Shown: positions 1 through 10,922, numbered from the stretch's first letter. The stretch: DNA of 64,000 nt from Thermodesulfobacteriota bacterium (GCA_965203965.1 CBDBDR010000017.1:1216001-1280000); one strand, 5' to 3'. Program-made: numbers and translations. The notes: a model not told the origin generated them from the sequence alone.

Positions 1-1
1 A

Positions 2-1585
2 TTGAGAGAAAGCATTCAGACGGAACTGAGAAAAATAAACGATATTGAAAGATTGATCGGGAGAGTTTCAACTGTTGCCGCAAAACCAAAGGATCTAGGA
101 GGTCTCAGGGATTCAACGTTTTCAATTTCCAGAATTAAATCAATCATGGTCCATTTTAAATCCGAACTGTTGAGGTCAATATACAACGAAATTGATGAGT
201 TGGCTGATATTAGAGAAACGCTTTTAAACTCTCTTGTGGACCAACCTCCTTACTCATCAAAGGAAGGGGGAATTTTCAGGAAGGGTTTTAATGAAGAATT
301 GGATCAGTTTAAATCAATTCAGGCTGATGCTAAAAGGTGGATTACTGATCTGGAGTCAAAGGAAAGAATTTCTACGGGAATTAGCTCCTTAAAAGTCGGT
401 TACAACAAAATTTTTGGATACTACATTGAGGTTACTAAAACCAATATTGATCTTGTTCCGCAAGATTATATAAGAAAGCAAACACTTACCAACGCAGAGA
501 GATTTATCACGCCTGGGTTAAAGGAATTTGAAGAAAAAATACTTAATGCCGAAGAAAAAATCCTGGAGATTGAAAAGGCTCTTTTTGAAAAACTCCGTTT
601 AATTATATCGGACGAATCCACGAGGATCAGAAAGACGGCTTTCTTAATTGCACAAGTTGACGTGCTTTGCTCTCTTGCGGAAATTGCAGATAAAAATGGA
701 TATGTAAAACCTGTGATTAACAATAGTGAAAAAATAGATCTTAAGAATAGCAGACATCTAGTTTTGGAAAGTCTTGAGTTGGAAAATGGGTTTGTTTCAA
801 ACGATATTTTTCTTGACAAGGAAAACCAGGTTTTGTTGGTTACCGGTCCTAATATGGCTGGTAAGTCCACGCTTATTCGTCAGGCTGCTCTCATAGTGAT
901 TTTAGCTCAAATTGGAAGCTACGTCCCCGCATCGGAAGCAGAGATTGGAGTTGTTGACAAGATATTTACAAGGGTTGGTGCATCTGACAATTTGGCAAAG
1001 GGACTTTCAACGTTTATGGTTGAGATGGTAGAGACCGCCTATATATTGAGAAATGCCACGGATAAGAGTTTTGTAATACTAGATGAAATTGGCAGAGGTA
1101 CAAGCACATTTGACGGGATGAGTATAGCTTGGGCCGTTGCCGAGTATCTTCACAATTTAGGAGTAAAAACTCTTTTTGCCACTCATTATCATGAACTTGC
1201 ACGATTAACTCATTTCAATCCGAGAGTGAGAAACTATAACGTTCTTGTCAGAGAAGAAAAAGATAAAATTATATTTTTAAGAAGATTGGTTCCTGGTGCT
1301 TCAAGTCACAGCTACGGCATACAGGTAGCAAAATTGGCAGGTATTCCTCAAAAAGTTATAAATTCTTCCAGAAGTATGCTATCAACGTTGGAAAAAATTC
1401 AGTCAAAACTCTCGGAGCTTATAGGAGAAGAACAGATGTTACTTTTTGATTCCCCAAATGATCAAGTAGATGAAGACACGGGTAACGAGATTTCAGAATA
1501 TATCAAAAGTATTGACCCCATGAACCTTACTCCAATAGAGGCTCTTGAAAAACTGATTGAGTTAAAGAAAAAAGTGGGCAACTAA
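2..1585 (+). CDS. mutS: DNA mismatch repair protein MutS, 5'-truncated by window edge
   Basis: Walker A TGPNMAGKST, STFMVEM, DEIGRGTST, FATHYHEL, SYGIQVA motifs. Confidence 0.97.
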   Translation: MRESIQTELRKINDIERLIGRVSTVAAKPKDLGGLRDSTFSISRIKSIMVHFKSELLRSIYNEIDELADIRETLLNSLVDQPPYSSKEGGIFRKGFNEELDQFKSIQADAKRWITDLESKERISTGISSLKVGYNKIFGYYIEVTKTNIDLVPQDYIRKQTLTNAERFITPGLKEFEEKILNAEEKILEIEKALFEKLRLIISDESTRIRKTAFLIAQVDVLCSLAEIADKNGYVKPVINNSEKIDLKNSRHLVLESLELENGFVSNDIFLDKENQVLLVTGPNMAGKSTLIRQAALIVILAQIGSYVPASEAEIGVVDKIFTRVGASDNLAKGLSTFMVEMVETAYILRNATDKSFVILDEIGRGTSTFDGMSIAWAVAEYLHNLGVKTLFATHYHELARLTHFNPRVRNYNVLVREEKDKIIFLRRLVPGASSHSYGIQVAKLAGIPQKVINSSRSMLSTLEKIQSKLSELIGEEQMLLFDSPNDQVDEDTGNEISEYIKSIDPMNLTPIEALEKLIELKKKVGN

Positions 1586-1622
1586 ATATGATGAAATAGA
1601 GTCTCTCGAGTATTCATATTTT

Positions 1623-2714
1623 TTATCTCTCTTTCCATGCGATAACTCGTCCTGTGTTATTACGGTTCTGTTTCCTGATGACTGCTTCAATATTTCTTAT
1701 AGTGTTATCCCCAGTGCTTGCGATGCCGGTTGATTTGATCAGAAATATGTCACTTTTACCATACTTCAATACTAAGCCACTCAGACCGGCGGAGATACTT
1801 GATATGGATGTGATATTTCTCACTATATTTCTAACCTCTTTTACTGAGATTGTGTTGTCTTCTTTTCTTTTTTCTAGTATTTCTTCGACAATAGCTTCAA
1901 CCGTGGAGTCCTTGATCTCAGATTGGGGGGCTCGTGTTTGAATTGAAGATACCTGTGCAGCTTTGATTATTGCCATCATAACTGGACTTGGAGCAGTGCT
2001 AAAATTAACAAATTTACTATCGGTGTAAACCGTTAAATAGTCTTTAACTTTTTTGTAGAACTCTGAATCCATTCCCTCAATCATACGGATTTCTTCTACG
2101 CTATCTATCTGTCCATCTTTAATTGTGTATGGATTTTTAAGTTGTCCATAAAAATCTCCGTCAGCACCATTAGAATCTTGATCGTTTTTCGAGTTTGGCA
2201 ATTTCCTGTCCAGCCAATTAACTAAACTGGATATGAATAAATTGGATTTTCTCTCATCAACTTCTAAAAATCTGAATAAATGCGTAAGGGCAGTCAGCAC
2301 TTGAAAGTCTACTCTATTGGTTGTGGGATTAACAAGCGAATTGAGATTTATTTTTGATCTCTCGTCCTCCACTTTGAGAGAGACCGAGCCTTCTTCTCCT
2401 ATGGGAAAAGATGACACCGTGAATGACCATATTCCTTTTTCATTCTGTCCCAAGCCTAGAAAGGGAACAGTTGCTGCAACCTTATCAAGTTGTTCAAGGT
2501 TGTTGGATTTTATTAAGCTCGAGACCAGACTTACTCCTGATTTGGCAATATGTCGTGCCTTCATTTCATTCAAGGTGTTTCTGGATATTGCAATGTCAAC
2601 GTGTGTGCTAAAAGTGAAATCGGCAACTAGAACCGTTAGTATTGCAACTATTATAAGTACTAAAACAAGCACCAGTCCCTTTTCATTTTTTTTTCCTCTA
2701 TCACTATTTATCAT
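1623..2714 (-). CDS. gspK: Type II secretion minor pseudopilin GspK
   Basis: N-terminal G-LVLVLVL pilin-like helix, DERSKINLNSL, E-IRMIEGM, VNFSTA; last gene of gsp operon. Confidence 0.9.
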   Translation of the reverse strand: MINSDRGKKNEKGLVLVLVLIIVAILTVLVADFTFSTHVDIAISRNTLNEMKARHIAKSGVSLVSSLIKSNNLEQLDKVAATVPFLGLGQNEKGIWSFTVSSFPIGEEGSVSLKVEDERSKINLNSLVNPTTNRVDFQVLTALTHLFRFLEVDERKSNLFISSLVNWLDRKLPNSKNDQDSNGADGDFYGQLKNPYTIKDGQIDSVEEIRMIEGMDSEFYKKVKDYLTVYTDSKFVNFSTAPSPVMMAIIKAAQVSSIQTRAPQSEIKDSTVEAIVEEILEKRKEDNTISVKEVRNIVRNITSISSISAGLSGLVLKYGKSDIFLIKSTGIASTGDNTIRNIEAVIRKQNRNNTGRVIAWKER

Positions 2715-2721
2715 CTTTACC

Positions 2722-3435
2722 TCATTTTGTGGCGGGTATAGAAATAGTTGTTTTAAATTCCCAGTTTTCTCCCAGATCGTCTTTTAATACCAGTTTCACT
2801 TCAACGGCTTTGGGATACGCTCCGCCAAGAGTGTTTGCATTCCATTCCTCAATGTCATCGGACTGACTTTCGGGCTCTATTTTTTTGTTATTAAGATAGG
2901 TGAGCCTGAATTTTGATACTCTTTCAGATATAGCATATTGTGTTCCACCCACCGGGTTTCCAAACCATGGGTTTTCTCGCCTTATGAGTGCATATAAGTT
3001 GTCTCGATCTTCCAATTTTTCCAGAAAATAAGTAACTTCCGATTGGTTAGATTGACGGTTAAATATAGAGTCCTCACCGAGGTCAACGACACCCCGGGTA
3101 TATGATGAAAGGGTAAGGGTGCTGTTGTCATTATTTTCTTTATCTTTCTTGCCCAAAAAGTAGAGAGCAGGATATTCTCTTGCAATGCCCGACACCCTTC
3201 CCCTTGGGTAGGCATTTTCCAGATCTTTACTAATCCTTGAAAAAATAGTTCGTGCTTCATGGAGAAGGTGCAGTTGACTTTCAACTTTTTCCTTTGCTTC
3301 TATGATCTGAAAAAGTGAACTGTAAACGATCGTGGTTACAATGGCGGTGATAAATATTGCCATTAATATCTCAATTAGCGTAAAACCTTTTTCAGCCTGA
3401 TGTTGCTGTGAATATTTCAAAACTCTCTTTTTCAT
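2722..3435 (-). CDS. gspJ: Type II secretion minor pseudopilin GspJ
   Basis: Prepilin site GFTLIEIL, C-terminal PKAVEVKL; operon position. Confidence 0.85.
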   Translation of the reverse strand: MKKRVLKYSQQHQAEKGFTLIEILMAIFITAIVTTIVYSSLFQIIEAKEKVESQLHLLHEARTIFSRISKDLENAYPRGRVSGIAREYPALYFLGKKDKENNDNSTLTLSSYTRGVVDLGEDSIFNRQSNQSEVTYFLEKLEDRDNLYALIRRENPWFGNPVGGTQYAISERVSKFRLTYLNNKKIEPESQSDDIEEWNANTLGGAYPKAVEVKLVLKDDLGENWEFKTTISIPATK

Positions 3436-3787
3436 TGTCCCAAGTTATTAAAAGTCTTACTACCATAATTTTGTTACTTAAAAGAGGTAAAGTATAAGGC
3501 GATACGGACAGATACCATTTAAAACCCTCATGTTCCAAAAAAACACCGCTGTCCACTTTTTCATATAGTAATTCTTCAAGTTCAATCTCAGACATCATCT
3601 CCTGAGCCAGTAGTGCCGCAATCTGCGTGTCTCTGGATTTTGATGCGAGATTGATATTGTTGTTGACCGAACCAAGCAGCATTACCATTGCCGTTCCTAT
3701 AAGTGCAACAGCTATTACAACCTCAAGAAGCGTAAATCCCTTATTTTTCCCTTGTTTTGTGGAGTTTATGAGTCTGGTATGTATCAT
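3392..3787 (-). CDS. gspI: Type II secretion minor pseudopilin GspI
   Basis: GFTLLEVVIA prepilin motif, 131 aa, between H and J. Confidence 0.8.
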   Translation of the reverse strand: MIHTRLINSTKQGKNKGFTLLEVVIAVALIGTAMVMLLGSVNNNINLASKSRDTQIAALLAQEMMSEIELEELLYEKVDSGVFLEHEGFKWYLSVSPYTLPLLSNKIMVVRLLITWDNEKESFEIFTATSG

Positions 3788-4292
3788 CTCTCTGCCTGAA
3801 ATTATAATACTGGTCGTATATTTTGGTTCCGCCCGTGTAGGGTTTGGTTTCTATGGTGTAGTTATCATTGTCGGCACTGCTTAAGTGTATTACTGCATAG
3901 TCAACAAAACCACTGGGAAGAAAAAGAATAAATGCATCGTTTCCCTCTTCAATCTTCCGTTGTGCTCTCTCGGTGAAAATATTCTCAAAGAAAATGCCGT
4001 CTGGAAGACTTCTTCGTTTCAATGCTGGATCCTCAAAAGTAACAAACCGGTTGCCCTGAAACGATTCAACCCAGTATTGATTACTGTCCAGATCAAATCT
4101 CAACTTGTATATATTTTTTTTAAAAATAGCATCGTTATAAAGGTGTTTAATTATCCCGCTTAGATTTCGTGCCGCACTTTTGATGTGCATGTTCGTGACG
4201 TTGTTAAATCCCGGTATTGTTACAAGCAATAAACTTCCCAGCAGAAACACCACTAAAAGAATTTCAACTAAGGTGAAACCGCTGTGTTTCAT
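3741..4292 (-). CDS. gspH: Type II secretion minor pseudopilin GspH
   Basis: GFTLVEILL prepilin motif, F-PSG, follows gspG. Confidence 0.8.
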   Translation of the reverse strand: MKHSGFTLVEILLVVFLLGSLLLVTIPGFNNVTNMHIKSAARNLSGIIKHLYNDAIFKKNIYKLRFDLDSNQYWVESFQGNRFVTFEDPALKRRSLPDGIFFENIFTERAQRKIEEGNDAFILFLPSGFVDYAVIHLSSADNDNYTIETKPYTGGTKIYDQYYNFRQRDDTYQTHKLHKTREK

Positions 4293-4720
4293 TGCAGATC
4301 ATTGCTTGAGATGTCGTCTTCAGTGTTTAAGATGCCGTCCTCACCCTGGGATATGACAGTGTAGATTCTACCACTATCGGATTTCTCGGGTCCCATGTAA
4401 ATAAATTCATTTGACCAAGCGTCGAGTGGTAACTGCCCTTTTTCCACGTAAGGTCCCTTCCACTTCCTTACCTTCCTACCAACACTGGGCACCTCAACTA
4501 GTGCTGCGAGTCCCTGCTGGGTATTGGGATAAAATCCGTTGTCCAGCTTAAACAGCTTTAGGGAGCTTTCTAGATTGGCAATATTTGTCCTTGTCAGCTT
4601 GTTGTTTGCCTCCTCCATTCTTGACATAATGTTTGGTGCAACGATTGCGGCGAGTCCGGCTATAATTATCACCACCACCATAATCTCAATGATTGTGAAT
4701 CCACCTTGTGATCTGATCAT
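4289..4720 (-). CDS. gspG: Type II secretion major pseudopilin GspG
   Basis: GFTIIEIMVV, FKLDNGFYP-TQQGL-AL, WKGPY, C-terminal G-DG---TEDDI. Confidence 0.93.
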   Translation of the reverse strand: MIRSQGGFTIIEIMVVVIIIAGLAAIVAPNIMSRMEEANNKLTRTNIANLESSLKLFKLDNGFYPNTQQGLAALVEVPSVGRKVRKWKGPYVEKGQLPLDAWSNEFIYMGPEKSDSGRIYTVISQGEDGILNTEDDISSNDLQ

Positions 4721-4742
4721 AATAAATAACCTCCTGTAATTA

Positions 4743-5945
4743 TTATATTGCTGAAGTTAAATCAAATATCGGAAGCAGTATAGCAAAAACTATAAAAGCT
4801 ATTATTACCCCTATGATTGATATCATTATGGGTTCTAAAAGTGAAGTCAAAGCCGAAAGAGTGTTCTCAACTTGAAGGTCGTAAATATCTGCTATCTTGT
4901 TGAACATATCCTCTATTTCACCGGTTTGTTCACCCACGCTGATCATTCTTGTAACAAGCGGGGGAAAAACCTTGCTGTTCTGAACTGGTGTTGCAAGACT
5001 TGAACCCTCTCTGACGCTATCTTTGACCTTTTCCAATGAATCCACAAACACGGTATTTCCTATCACTGCCTGGCTAATTTCCAGTGCATTCAGAAGGGGA
5101 ATTCCACTTCCCACAAGCGTTCCTATGGTTCTTGAAAACCTTGATATTGCAATTTTTGATACCAATTTGCCAAATAAGGGTAGTTTTAAAACAAGATTAT
5201 CGGTCAGTCTCTTTCCCCTGTTGGATTTTATAAATCTTGCTACTATAAACGCCGCAATAAAAGCTACTATTAGTGTGACAATAAAATGGTCTGACAGAAA
5301 TTTGCTGATCGTTATAAGAATAGTAGTTGATAGTGGGAGGGCTTTTTGATTTGCTTCAAATATTTTGGTGATTTTTGGAATTACATAGGTCATCATAAAC
5401 AAAAGCACGCCTGATCCGATTATAAAAATAAATATAGGGTAAACAAGTGCACTTCTTACCTTGGACTTCAAGGCAGAGGATTTTTCCAAAAAGTCTGCCA
5501 GCCTGTTAAGTACAATATCCAGATTGCCACTTGCCTCTCCTGATTTGACTATATTGGTGTATATCTCAGGGAATATATCCCTGTGTTCGGACAGTGCATC
5601 TGCAAGGGAACTTCCCTCACTTATCTTGTTCTTTACCTGTGTAAAGACTTCCTTTAGCTTCTGATCCTCCGCCTGCTCAGACAGTGCAATCAGAGATGCT
5701 TCAAGCGGTAAATTTGCCGAGATCAATGCTGAAAATTGTCTTGTTGTAATAGCCAGCTCAGAACTGCTGACCCCTTTGAAAGGGATATATCTTTTTTTTC
5801 TGCTCTTTACAGCTTCAGAAATTGAGGAAGGATACAGTCCTTTTTTCTTTAACTTCTCTGAAGCGGCCTTAACAGATTCTGCATCTATTATTCCATCTGT
5901 ATTTGAGCCATCCGAGCTAATTGCTTTGTATTTATAAACCTGCAT
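4743..5945 (-). CDS. gspF: Type II secretion inner-membrane platform protein GspF (start placed at ATG 5945, MQVYKY)
   Basis: GEASGNLD, ALVYP, GEQTGE, LLEP repeats of GspF/PilC family. Confidence 0.93.
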   Translation of the reverse strand: MQVYKYKAISSDGSNTDGIIDAESVKAASEKLKKKGLYPSSISEAVKSRKKRYIPFKGVSSSELAITTRQFSALISANLPLEASLIALSEQAEDQKLKEVFTQVKNKISEGSSLADALSEHRDIFPEIYTNIVKSGEASGNLDIVLNRLADFLEKSSALKSKVRSALVYPIFIFIIGSGVLLFMMTYVIPKITKIFEANQKALPLSTTILITISKFLSDHFIVTLIVAFIAAFIVARFIKSNRGKRLTDNLVLKLPLFGKLVSKIAISRFSRTIGTLVGSGIPLLNALEISQAVIGNTVFVDSLEKVKDSVREGSSLATPVQNSKVFPPLVTRMISVGEQTGEIEDMFNKIADIYDLQVENTLSALTSLLEPIMISIIGVIIAFIVFAILLPIFDLTSAI

Positions 5946-5958
5946 TATCAAAAAGGCA

Positions 5959-7653
5959 TTAATGCTTAGTTTCAAAGTTAATTGATTTTTCTTCGGTAAC
6001 TCTTAGCACTTCATCAATTGAAGTAATACCATTAACCACTTTACTGGCGCCGTCCATTCTAAGAGTGGTTAAACCGTTTTTCATCGCTTTATCTTTTATT
6101 GATGAAGAATCAGTGATATTCAAGGTCAAGTTTCTTATATCATCGTCCATTAACAGAATTTCAAAGATCGCAAGACGTCCACTAAAGCCTGTGTCTATAC
6201 ATTTGTCACACCCCTTGGACTTGAACAGTATTCCATCTTTCATATTCTTACGAGCGATGCCGATTCTATTAAGCTCTTCATCGGTGGGCACGTATTTTTC
6301 CTTACAGTGGTTGCAGAGTATTCTTACAAGTCTTTGAGCAACGACTGCAATGAGTGATGAAGAAACGAGAAAAGGCTCGATGTTCATATCAATCAGTCTT
6401 GTGATAGCACCGGCGGAATCGTTAGTGTGAAGTGTGGAAAATACGAGATGCCCCGTTAAAGAAGCATGTATAGATATATCTGCCGTTTCCCTGTCTCTTA
6501 TTTCACCTACCAGTATTACGTCTGGGTCTTGTCTGAGAACTGACCTGAGACCGTTTGCAAAAGTCAGATTAACCTTGTTGTTTACCTGTATTTGGTTTAT
6601 CCCTTTTATTTGGTACTCCACTGGGTCCTCAATTGTGATGATTTTTTTATCAGAAGAATTTATTCTCTCCAGAGATGCATACAGACTTGTGGTTTTGCCA
6701 CTTCCCGTAGGACCGGTTACGAGAATGATCCCGTGGGGTTTTCTGATCAGTGAGTCGTATTTTATGAGTTTATTGCCTTCAAGTCCAAGTTGCTCGAGGC
6801 TGAGAATGACGGATGACTTGTCAAGGAGCCTCATCACGACGCTTTCACCCCATGTTGTTGGCACGGTGGAAATTCTTATATCAACGTCTCTTCCTGCCAC
6901 TTTTACTCTTATCCTTCCATCCTGCGGTTTTCTTTTTTCTGCTATGTCAAGTTCTGCCATTATTTTTACGCGTGAGATCACAGCGGACTGTATTTTTTTT
7001 TGGACAGAGGTTATGTTGTGGAGCATTCCATCTTTTCTGAAACGCACTACTAGGTTTTTTTCAAAGCATTCTATATGTATATCACTTGCTTTTTCCTTGA
7101 CTGCTTGAAATAAGAGTGAGTTGACAAACTTTATTATGGGGGCTTCGTCGTATGCTTCCAGTAAATCTCTGGGTTCATGGATTTCCAATTCTGCTATTTC
7201 TGTTGATTCTTCTTCAATATCATTGGATATTTCCTTACTTTGCTCATACACACTGTTTATACTTTCATACAAGGTGTGGTTGAACGTTAAGTGAGTTTTA
7301 ATCGGGCAGTTGAAGAGTGATTTGACTTCGTCAAGTGCATACAGGTTAACCGGGGGAGCTAATACAACATTGATTGCGCCATCAGATCGTGAAAGTGGCA
7401 TTAGTCTATACTTTCTGCTAAAGCTTATTGGAAGTTTTCTTACCAGTTCAAAATCCATATCTTCATTTTTGATTTCATTTATTACGGGAACTCCGTAGTA
7501 TTCTGAAAGGATTCCCAGCAACTTTTCATCATTTAGCAGTTTGGACTTTATCAACACCTCTTCGTCACTGTCTGAGCTCTTGGATTTTATTTGCAGAAAA
7601 CTTTCAACTATATCGGGGGTTTTTTCCTGAAGTATCTGATCAATAGTTTTCAT
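5959..7653 (-). CDS. gspE: Type II secretion ATPase GspE
   Basis: ASDIHIE, PQDGRI, GPTGSGKTT, TIEDPVE, LRQDPD, LTGHLV, tetracysteine CxxC...CxxC. Confidence 0.96.
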   Translation of the reverse strand: MKTIDQILQEKTPDIVESFLQIKSKSSDSDEEVLIKSKLLNDEKLLGILSEYYGVPVINEIKNEDMDFELVRKLPISFSRKYRLMPLSRSDGAINVVLAPPVNLYALDEVKSLFNCPIKTHLTFNHTLYESINSVYEQSKEISNDIEEESTEIAELEIHEPRDLLEAYDEAPIIKFVNSLLFQAVKEKASDIHIECFEKNLVVRFRKDGMLHNITSVQKKIQSAVISRVKIMAELDIAEKRKPQDGRIRVKVAGRDVDIRISTVPTTWGESVVMRLLDKSSVILSLEQLGLEGNKLIKYDSLIRKPHGIILVTGPTGSGKTTSLYASLERINSSDKKIITIEDPVEYQIKGINQIQVNNKVNLTFANGLRSVLRQDPDVILVGEIRDRETADISIHASLTGHLVFSTLHTNDSAGAITRLIDMNIEPFLVSSSLIAVVAQRLVRILCNHCKEKYVPTDEELNRIGIARKNMKDGILFKSKGCDKCIDTGFSGRLAIFEILLMDDDIRNLTLNITDSSSIKDKAMKNGLTTLRMDGASKVVNGITSIDEVLRVTEEKSINFETKH

Positions 7654-7659
7654 TTTGCA

Positions 7660-9795
7660 CTATTTTAATATGTTAATTCCTTTTTCCTGCAGCATCACTC
7701 TACGCTTTTGCTCTTCTTCAAGTATCTGCTGTATATCATCCTCCGTTTCAACTATGCGAGGTGTGAGAAGAATGATTAAATTCAGCTTTTGATTCTGCTT
7801 TCGTTTTTGTTTAAACAGGTTGCCAAGCAAGGGTATATCCCCGAACAAAGGTGTTTTATTTTCCAAAATACTTTCTCTGTCTGATACCAATCCGCCTATT
7901 ACAATGGTTTGTCCGTCTTTTACTATGATGGAAGAATCAGCCGTTCTGGTTTGTGTAGCAATACCAAAATCTTGTGTGTTTAAGTCCTGAGGAGAATTAG
8001 CGATATTAGACACTTCTGTTATAATATTCAAACTCAGAAAATTTCCTTCATTTATTTGAGGTGTGATTGCGAGTTTTATACCCACAGGGAGCCTCTCAAT
8101 TGTATTGACTGTTACACCGGATGTTCCCACCGTGCTTCCAGTAGGGAAGGGAATAATGTCTGCTACTGTTATTTCAGCTTCTTCATTGTCAGTAGTTAGA
8201 ATGCTAGGAGTTGAAAGCACATTTACATCGGTTACGGATGATAATGCCTGAAATAAAGCTGCAAATGAAGGTATTGGTGGTATTGGACCCGATCCGTCAA
8301 TATCTACTTCTTCACCAACAATTCCAAGAAACAAACCGGAAAGAGTCCCGAGTGTATTCACTGCCTGTTCCGAACTTACTGAAGCACCCAGCAGGCTAGA
8401 TACACCCGGAAGTTGCTGACCGCCGAATATAAGGTTGTCATTATTAGCGGTGAGACCAAGATTAAAATTAATCCCGAAAGATGTAAGGTCGTTTAAGCTG
8501 ACTTCCAAGATTGCTGCTTCTACAAATACCTGCTTTCTTCTTATATCAAGTTTTTCTATAACTGTTTTAATTGTTTTATAATCTTTTCTTGATCCCACGA
8601 TTATGACAGAATTTGTGGTGGGGTCAGAAGTAATCCTTAACTCTTCTGTCTCAATTGAAATTGAATTTAAGCTGTTGGATCTTAATGCTCTTGTTTTTGT
8701 AGCACTATTACCACTGAAGCTGCCCGGTGTGGAGTTTAATATGCCTGTAGATTTTGATTCTTGATTTTGAGTAACAGTAGAAGCAGTATTTCTGCCACCA
8801 CTTGTGCCGATTATGTTTGATAAAACACTGACTATCTGTTCCGCATCGGCATTTTTTATCCTGATAACATAAATGCCTTGCTCAACCTGTTCTGTCTCAA
8901 CGTCCAGTATTTTTATTACTTTCTTGATATTTTCCATATCATGTGGATAGGCAATTATTATCAGGTGGTTGTTTCTCTCATCAGTGATTACTTTGAATCC
9001 TAGTATGTCAGACTCACCTTCTACTAGGGTTTTGTTAGTATTGGCGCTGCGGTTCCGGCTATTTCTTCTTGACCGACTTGAGGATGAGGGGGAACTTGGT
9101 CTGAGTTGTGAATTGGAACTGAATATTTGCAGTAACTTTGTTGCAATATCGGCTGCTTCTACGTTGTTTATCTTAATAAGTTCTATTTTTCTCTCTATGT
9201 CAAGGTTGGCAATTATATCAAGAATCCTGTTCACGTTATCAATTTTTTCAATTATTATCAGTTTATTAGAAGAAGGATAAGCCAGAACTTCTCCATCTTT
9301 TGAAGTGAGTGGTTTGAGTATACTTGAAATATCACTTGCTTTTGTATGTTGCAATTTGATTATTTTTGTAATAAATCTGTCAGAAGAAGTTCTGTATGGA
9401 GGCGGTCCTACTTCAGTCGGAATGCTTTCTTTTTTGATGTCCTTTTTTCTTATGATTTTGTTCACACCATCTTTTTTGACGATTGCAAAACCATTCATAT
9501 CTAAAATGGTTTCAAATAATCTATCGGCATTCTTTCTTTTGAATCCACCCGGCGTAATGATTGTAACTTTTTTACCTTTTACAGATGAGTCTAAAATAAA
9601 TGTCTCTTCAGATATTTCACTCATGTATTCTATTAAGTCCTTAATTTCCATTTCGGACTCCAGATTGACCAGGTCATTATCATTGGAGTCTTTCACATGC
9701 TCGTCTTTCCCAGGTGTGTGTTGTGAATAACTCGGTGACACAAGTATGAAACTAAATATCAGCAGTAGTAAGGTGATTTCGTTAGTTTTTACCAT
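7660..9795 (-). CDS. gspD: Type II secretion secretin GspD
   Basis: Signal peptide, N-domain repeats, QVFVEAAILEV, STPSILT-DN, VGIKL-ITPQI, P-LG-LFK. Confidence 0.95.
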   Translation of the reverse strand: MVKTNEITLLLLIFSFILVSPSYSQHTPGKDEHVKDSNDNDLVNLESEMEIKDLIEYMSEISEETFILDSSVKGKKVTIITPGGFKRKNADRLFETILDMNGFAIVKKDGVNKIIRKKDIKKESIPTEVGPPPYRTSSDRFITKIIKLQHTKASDISSILKPLTSKDGEVLAYPSSNKLIIIEKIDNVNRILDIIANLDIERKIELIKINNVEAADIATKLLQIFSSNSQLRPSSPSSSSRSRRNSRNRSANTNKTLVEGESDILGFKVITDERNNHLIIIAYPHDMENIKKVIKILDVETEQVEQGIYVIRIKNADAEQIVSVLSNIIGTSGGRNTASTVTQNQESKSTGILNSTPGSFSGNSATKTRALRSNSLNSISIETEELRITSDPTTNSVIIVGSRKDYKTIKTVIEKLDIRRKQVFVEAAILEVSLNDLTSFGINFNLGLTANNDNLIFGGQQLPGVSSLLGASVSSEQAVNTLGTLSGLFLGIVGEEVDIDGSGPIPPIPSFAALFQALSSVTDVNVLSTPSILTTDNEEAEITVADIIPFPTGSTVGTSGVTVNTIERLPVGIKLAITPQINEGNFLSLNIITEVSNIANSPQDLNTQDFGIATQTRTADSSIIVKDGQTIVIGGLVSDRESILENKTPLFGDIPLLGNLFKQKRKQNQKLNLIILLTPRIVETEDDIQQILEEEQKRRVMLQEKGINILK

Positions 9796-9812
9796 CTTAA
9801 TTCAACAGCGTG

Positions 9813-10709
9813 TTAGTTTACCTCATAAGAGTAAGAGAACTTGCTGCCTTTTCTTGTAAGGTTAATGGTGAATTCTGATTCATTTTTCAGACTTTCTAAC
9901 AGATTCCACGCATTCTTCATATTATTCAACTCTACATCGTTAATTGTGTGAATAGTGTCGCCGCTTCTAATACCTATTTTGAAAAAAATTCCATTTGGTT
10001 TTACTCTGACAAACCTCATTCCATTTTGATTGGGAACTGCGGTTGCTTGTGTTATAAGTTTTGAAGGATCATCGAGCAATTCGTCAAGCATTTTTTTTTC
10101 AATCAACCATTGATTTTTACTGACTTTCTTAATTCCCTTCTGGTCGATGTTTTTAGAAGCATAATTTGTTTTTGTGGCGACAGTGTCTGATCTCTTCAGA
10201 CTTATTTTTTTATTGCACAGTAGAGTTTCTCTTCCTTTAGTTTCTCTTCCAACGATTACCTTGCAGTTGTCAATTTCAAGTAATTTTGTTTTTTCCGTCT
10301 TGATAACATCAATTACATCTCCATGTGTGTAGCTGTCTATCTTACCGTCATTGATATTTTTAATTATAGCAATTGAATTTCCGTTTACCTTTATATAGGT
10401 ACCAATTAATCTTAAATTCAGTTCGGTCTCCGGGACGTTTTGGATATAGGAACTGTTTTTTGATGTGTTTCCCGTCCCAAAGACGCTGCTCCTTAGTATG
10501 GTGTCATAATAAGACCTGTTCTGATGTCTGGTTTTTGTGTTCACAACATTTACGGACTTCACTAAACCGCCAGGGTAGATATTTGCAGAAGGTGAGTAAA
10601 TAGCTTTGGATAAAGCATCATTTAATATACGGGCTGATACATAAGAAATAGCAATTATGAGAATAAGGTTGATCACCCAATCATATTTTTTCAGAGCTAA
10701 TGGAAGCAT
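9813..10709 (-). CDS. gspC: Type II secretion protein GspC (PDZ-containing)
   Basis: N-terminal TM, LRLIGT, C-terminal PDZ-like GIRSGD-I--IND; first gene of operon. Confidence 0.85.
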   Translation of the reverse strand: MLPLALKKYDWVINLILIIAISYVSARILNDALSKAIYSPSANIYPGGLVKSVNVVNTKTRHQNRSYYDTILRSSVFGTGNTSKNSSYIQNVPETELNLRLIGTYIKVNGNSIAIIKNINDGKIDSYTHGDVIDVIKTEKTKLLEIDNCKVIVGRETKGRETLLCNKKISLKRSDTVATKTNYASKNIDQKGIKKVSKNQWLIEKKMLDELLDDPSKLITQATAVPNQNGMRFVRVKPNGIFFKIGIRSGDTIHTINDVELNNMKNAWNLLESLKNESEFTINLTRKGSKFSYSYEVN

Positions 10710-10922
10710 AGTTGAATAAGCAATATACTTAATTTTTTATATCAAAATAAAGTGATACACTTTGTTTGTCAATTAAAATTCAAATTTTCAGTCTTGTAAT
10801 TTCTTGCCAATACTATTTATTGTAAGTCTCTATAACATCAAACAAGACTGAGAATTTTCCATTGTCTCTATTATGTAACTACATGACTGTGTAGACATAG
10901 GTGAATTTCATATTTTTTAGTC

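Noticed and set aside
6434..7108. Long antisense ORFs (this 224-aa one and many similar in the track)
   Set aside because: Shadows of well-supported genes on the opposite strand
10854..10881. dif-like ATTTTCCATTG-TCTCTA-TTATGTAACTA
   Set aside because: XerD-like half is partial and the XerC half lacks the conserved TAA; too degenerate to call
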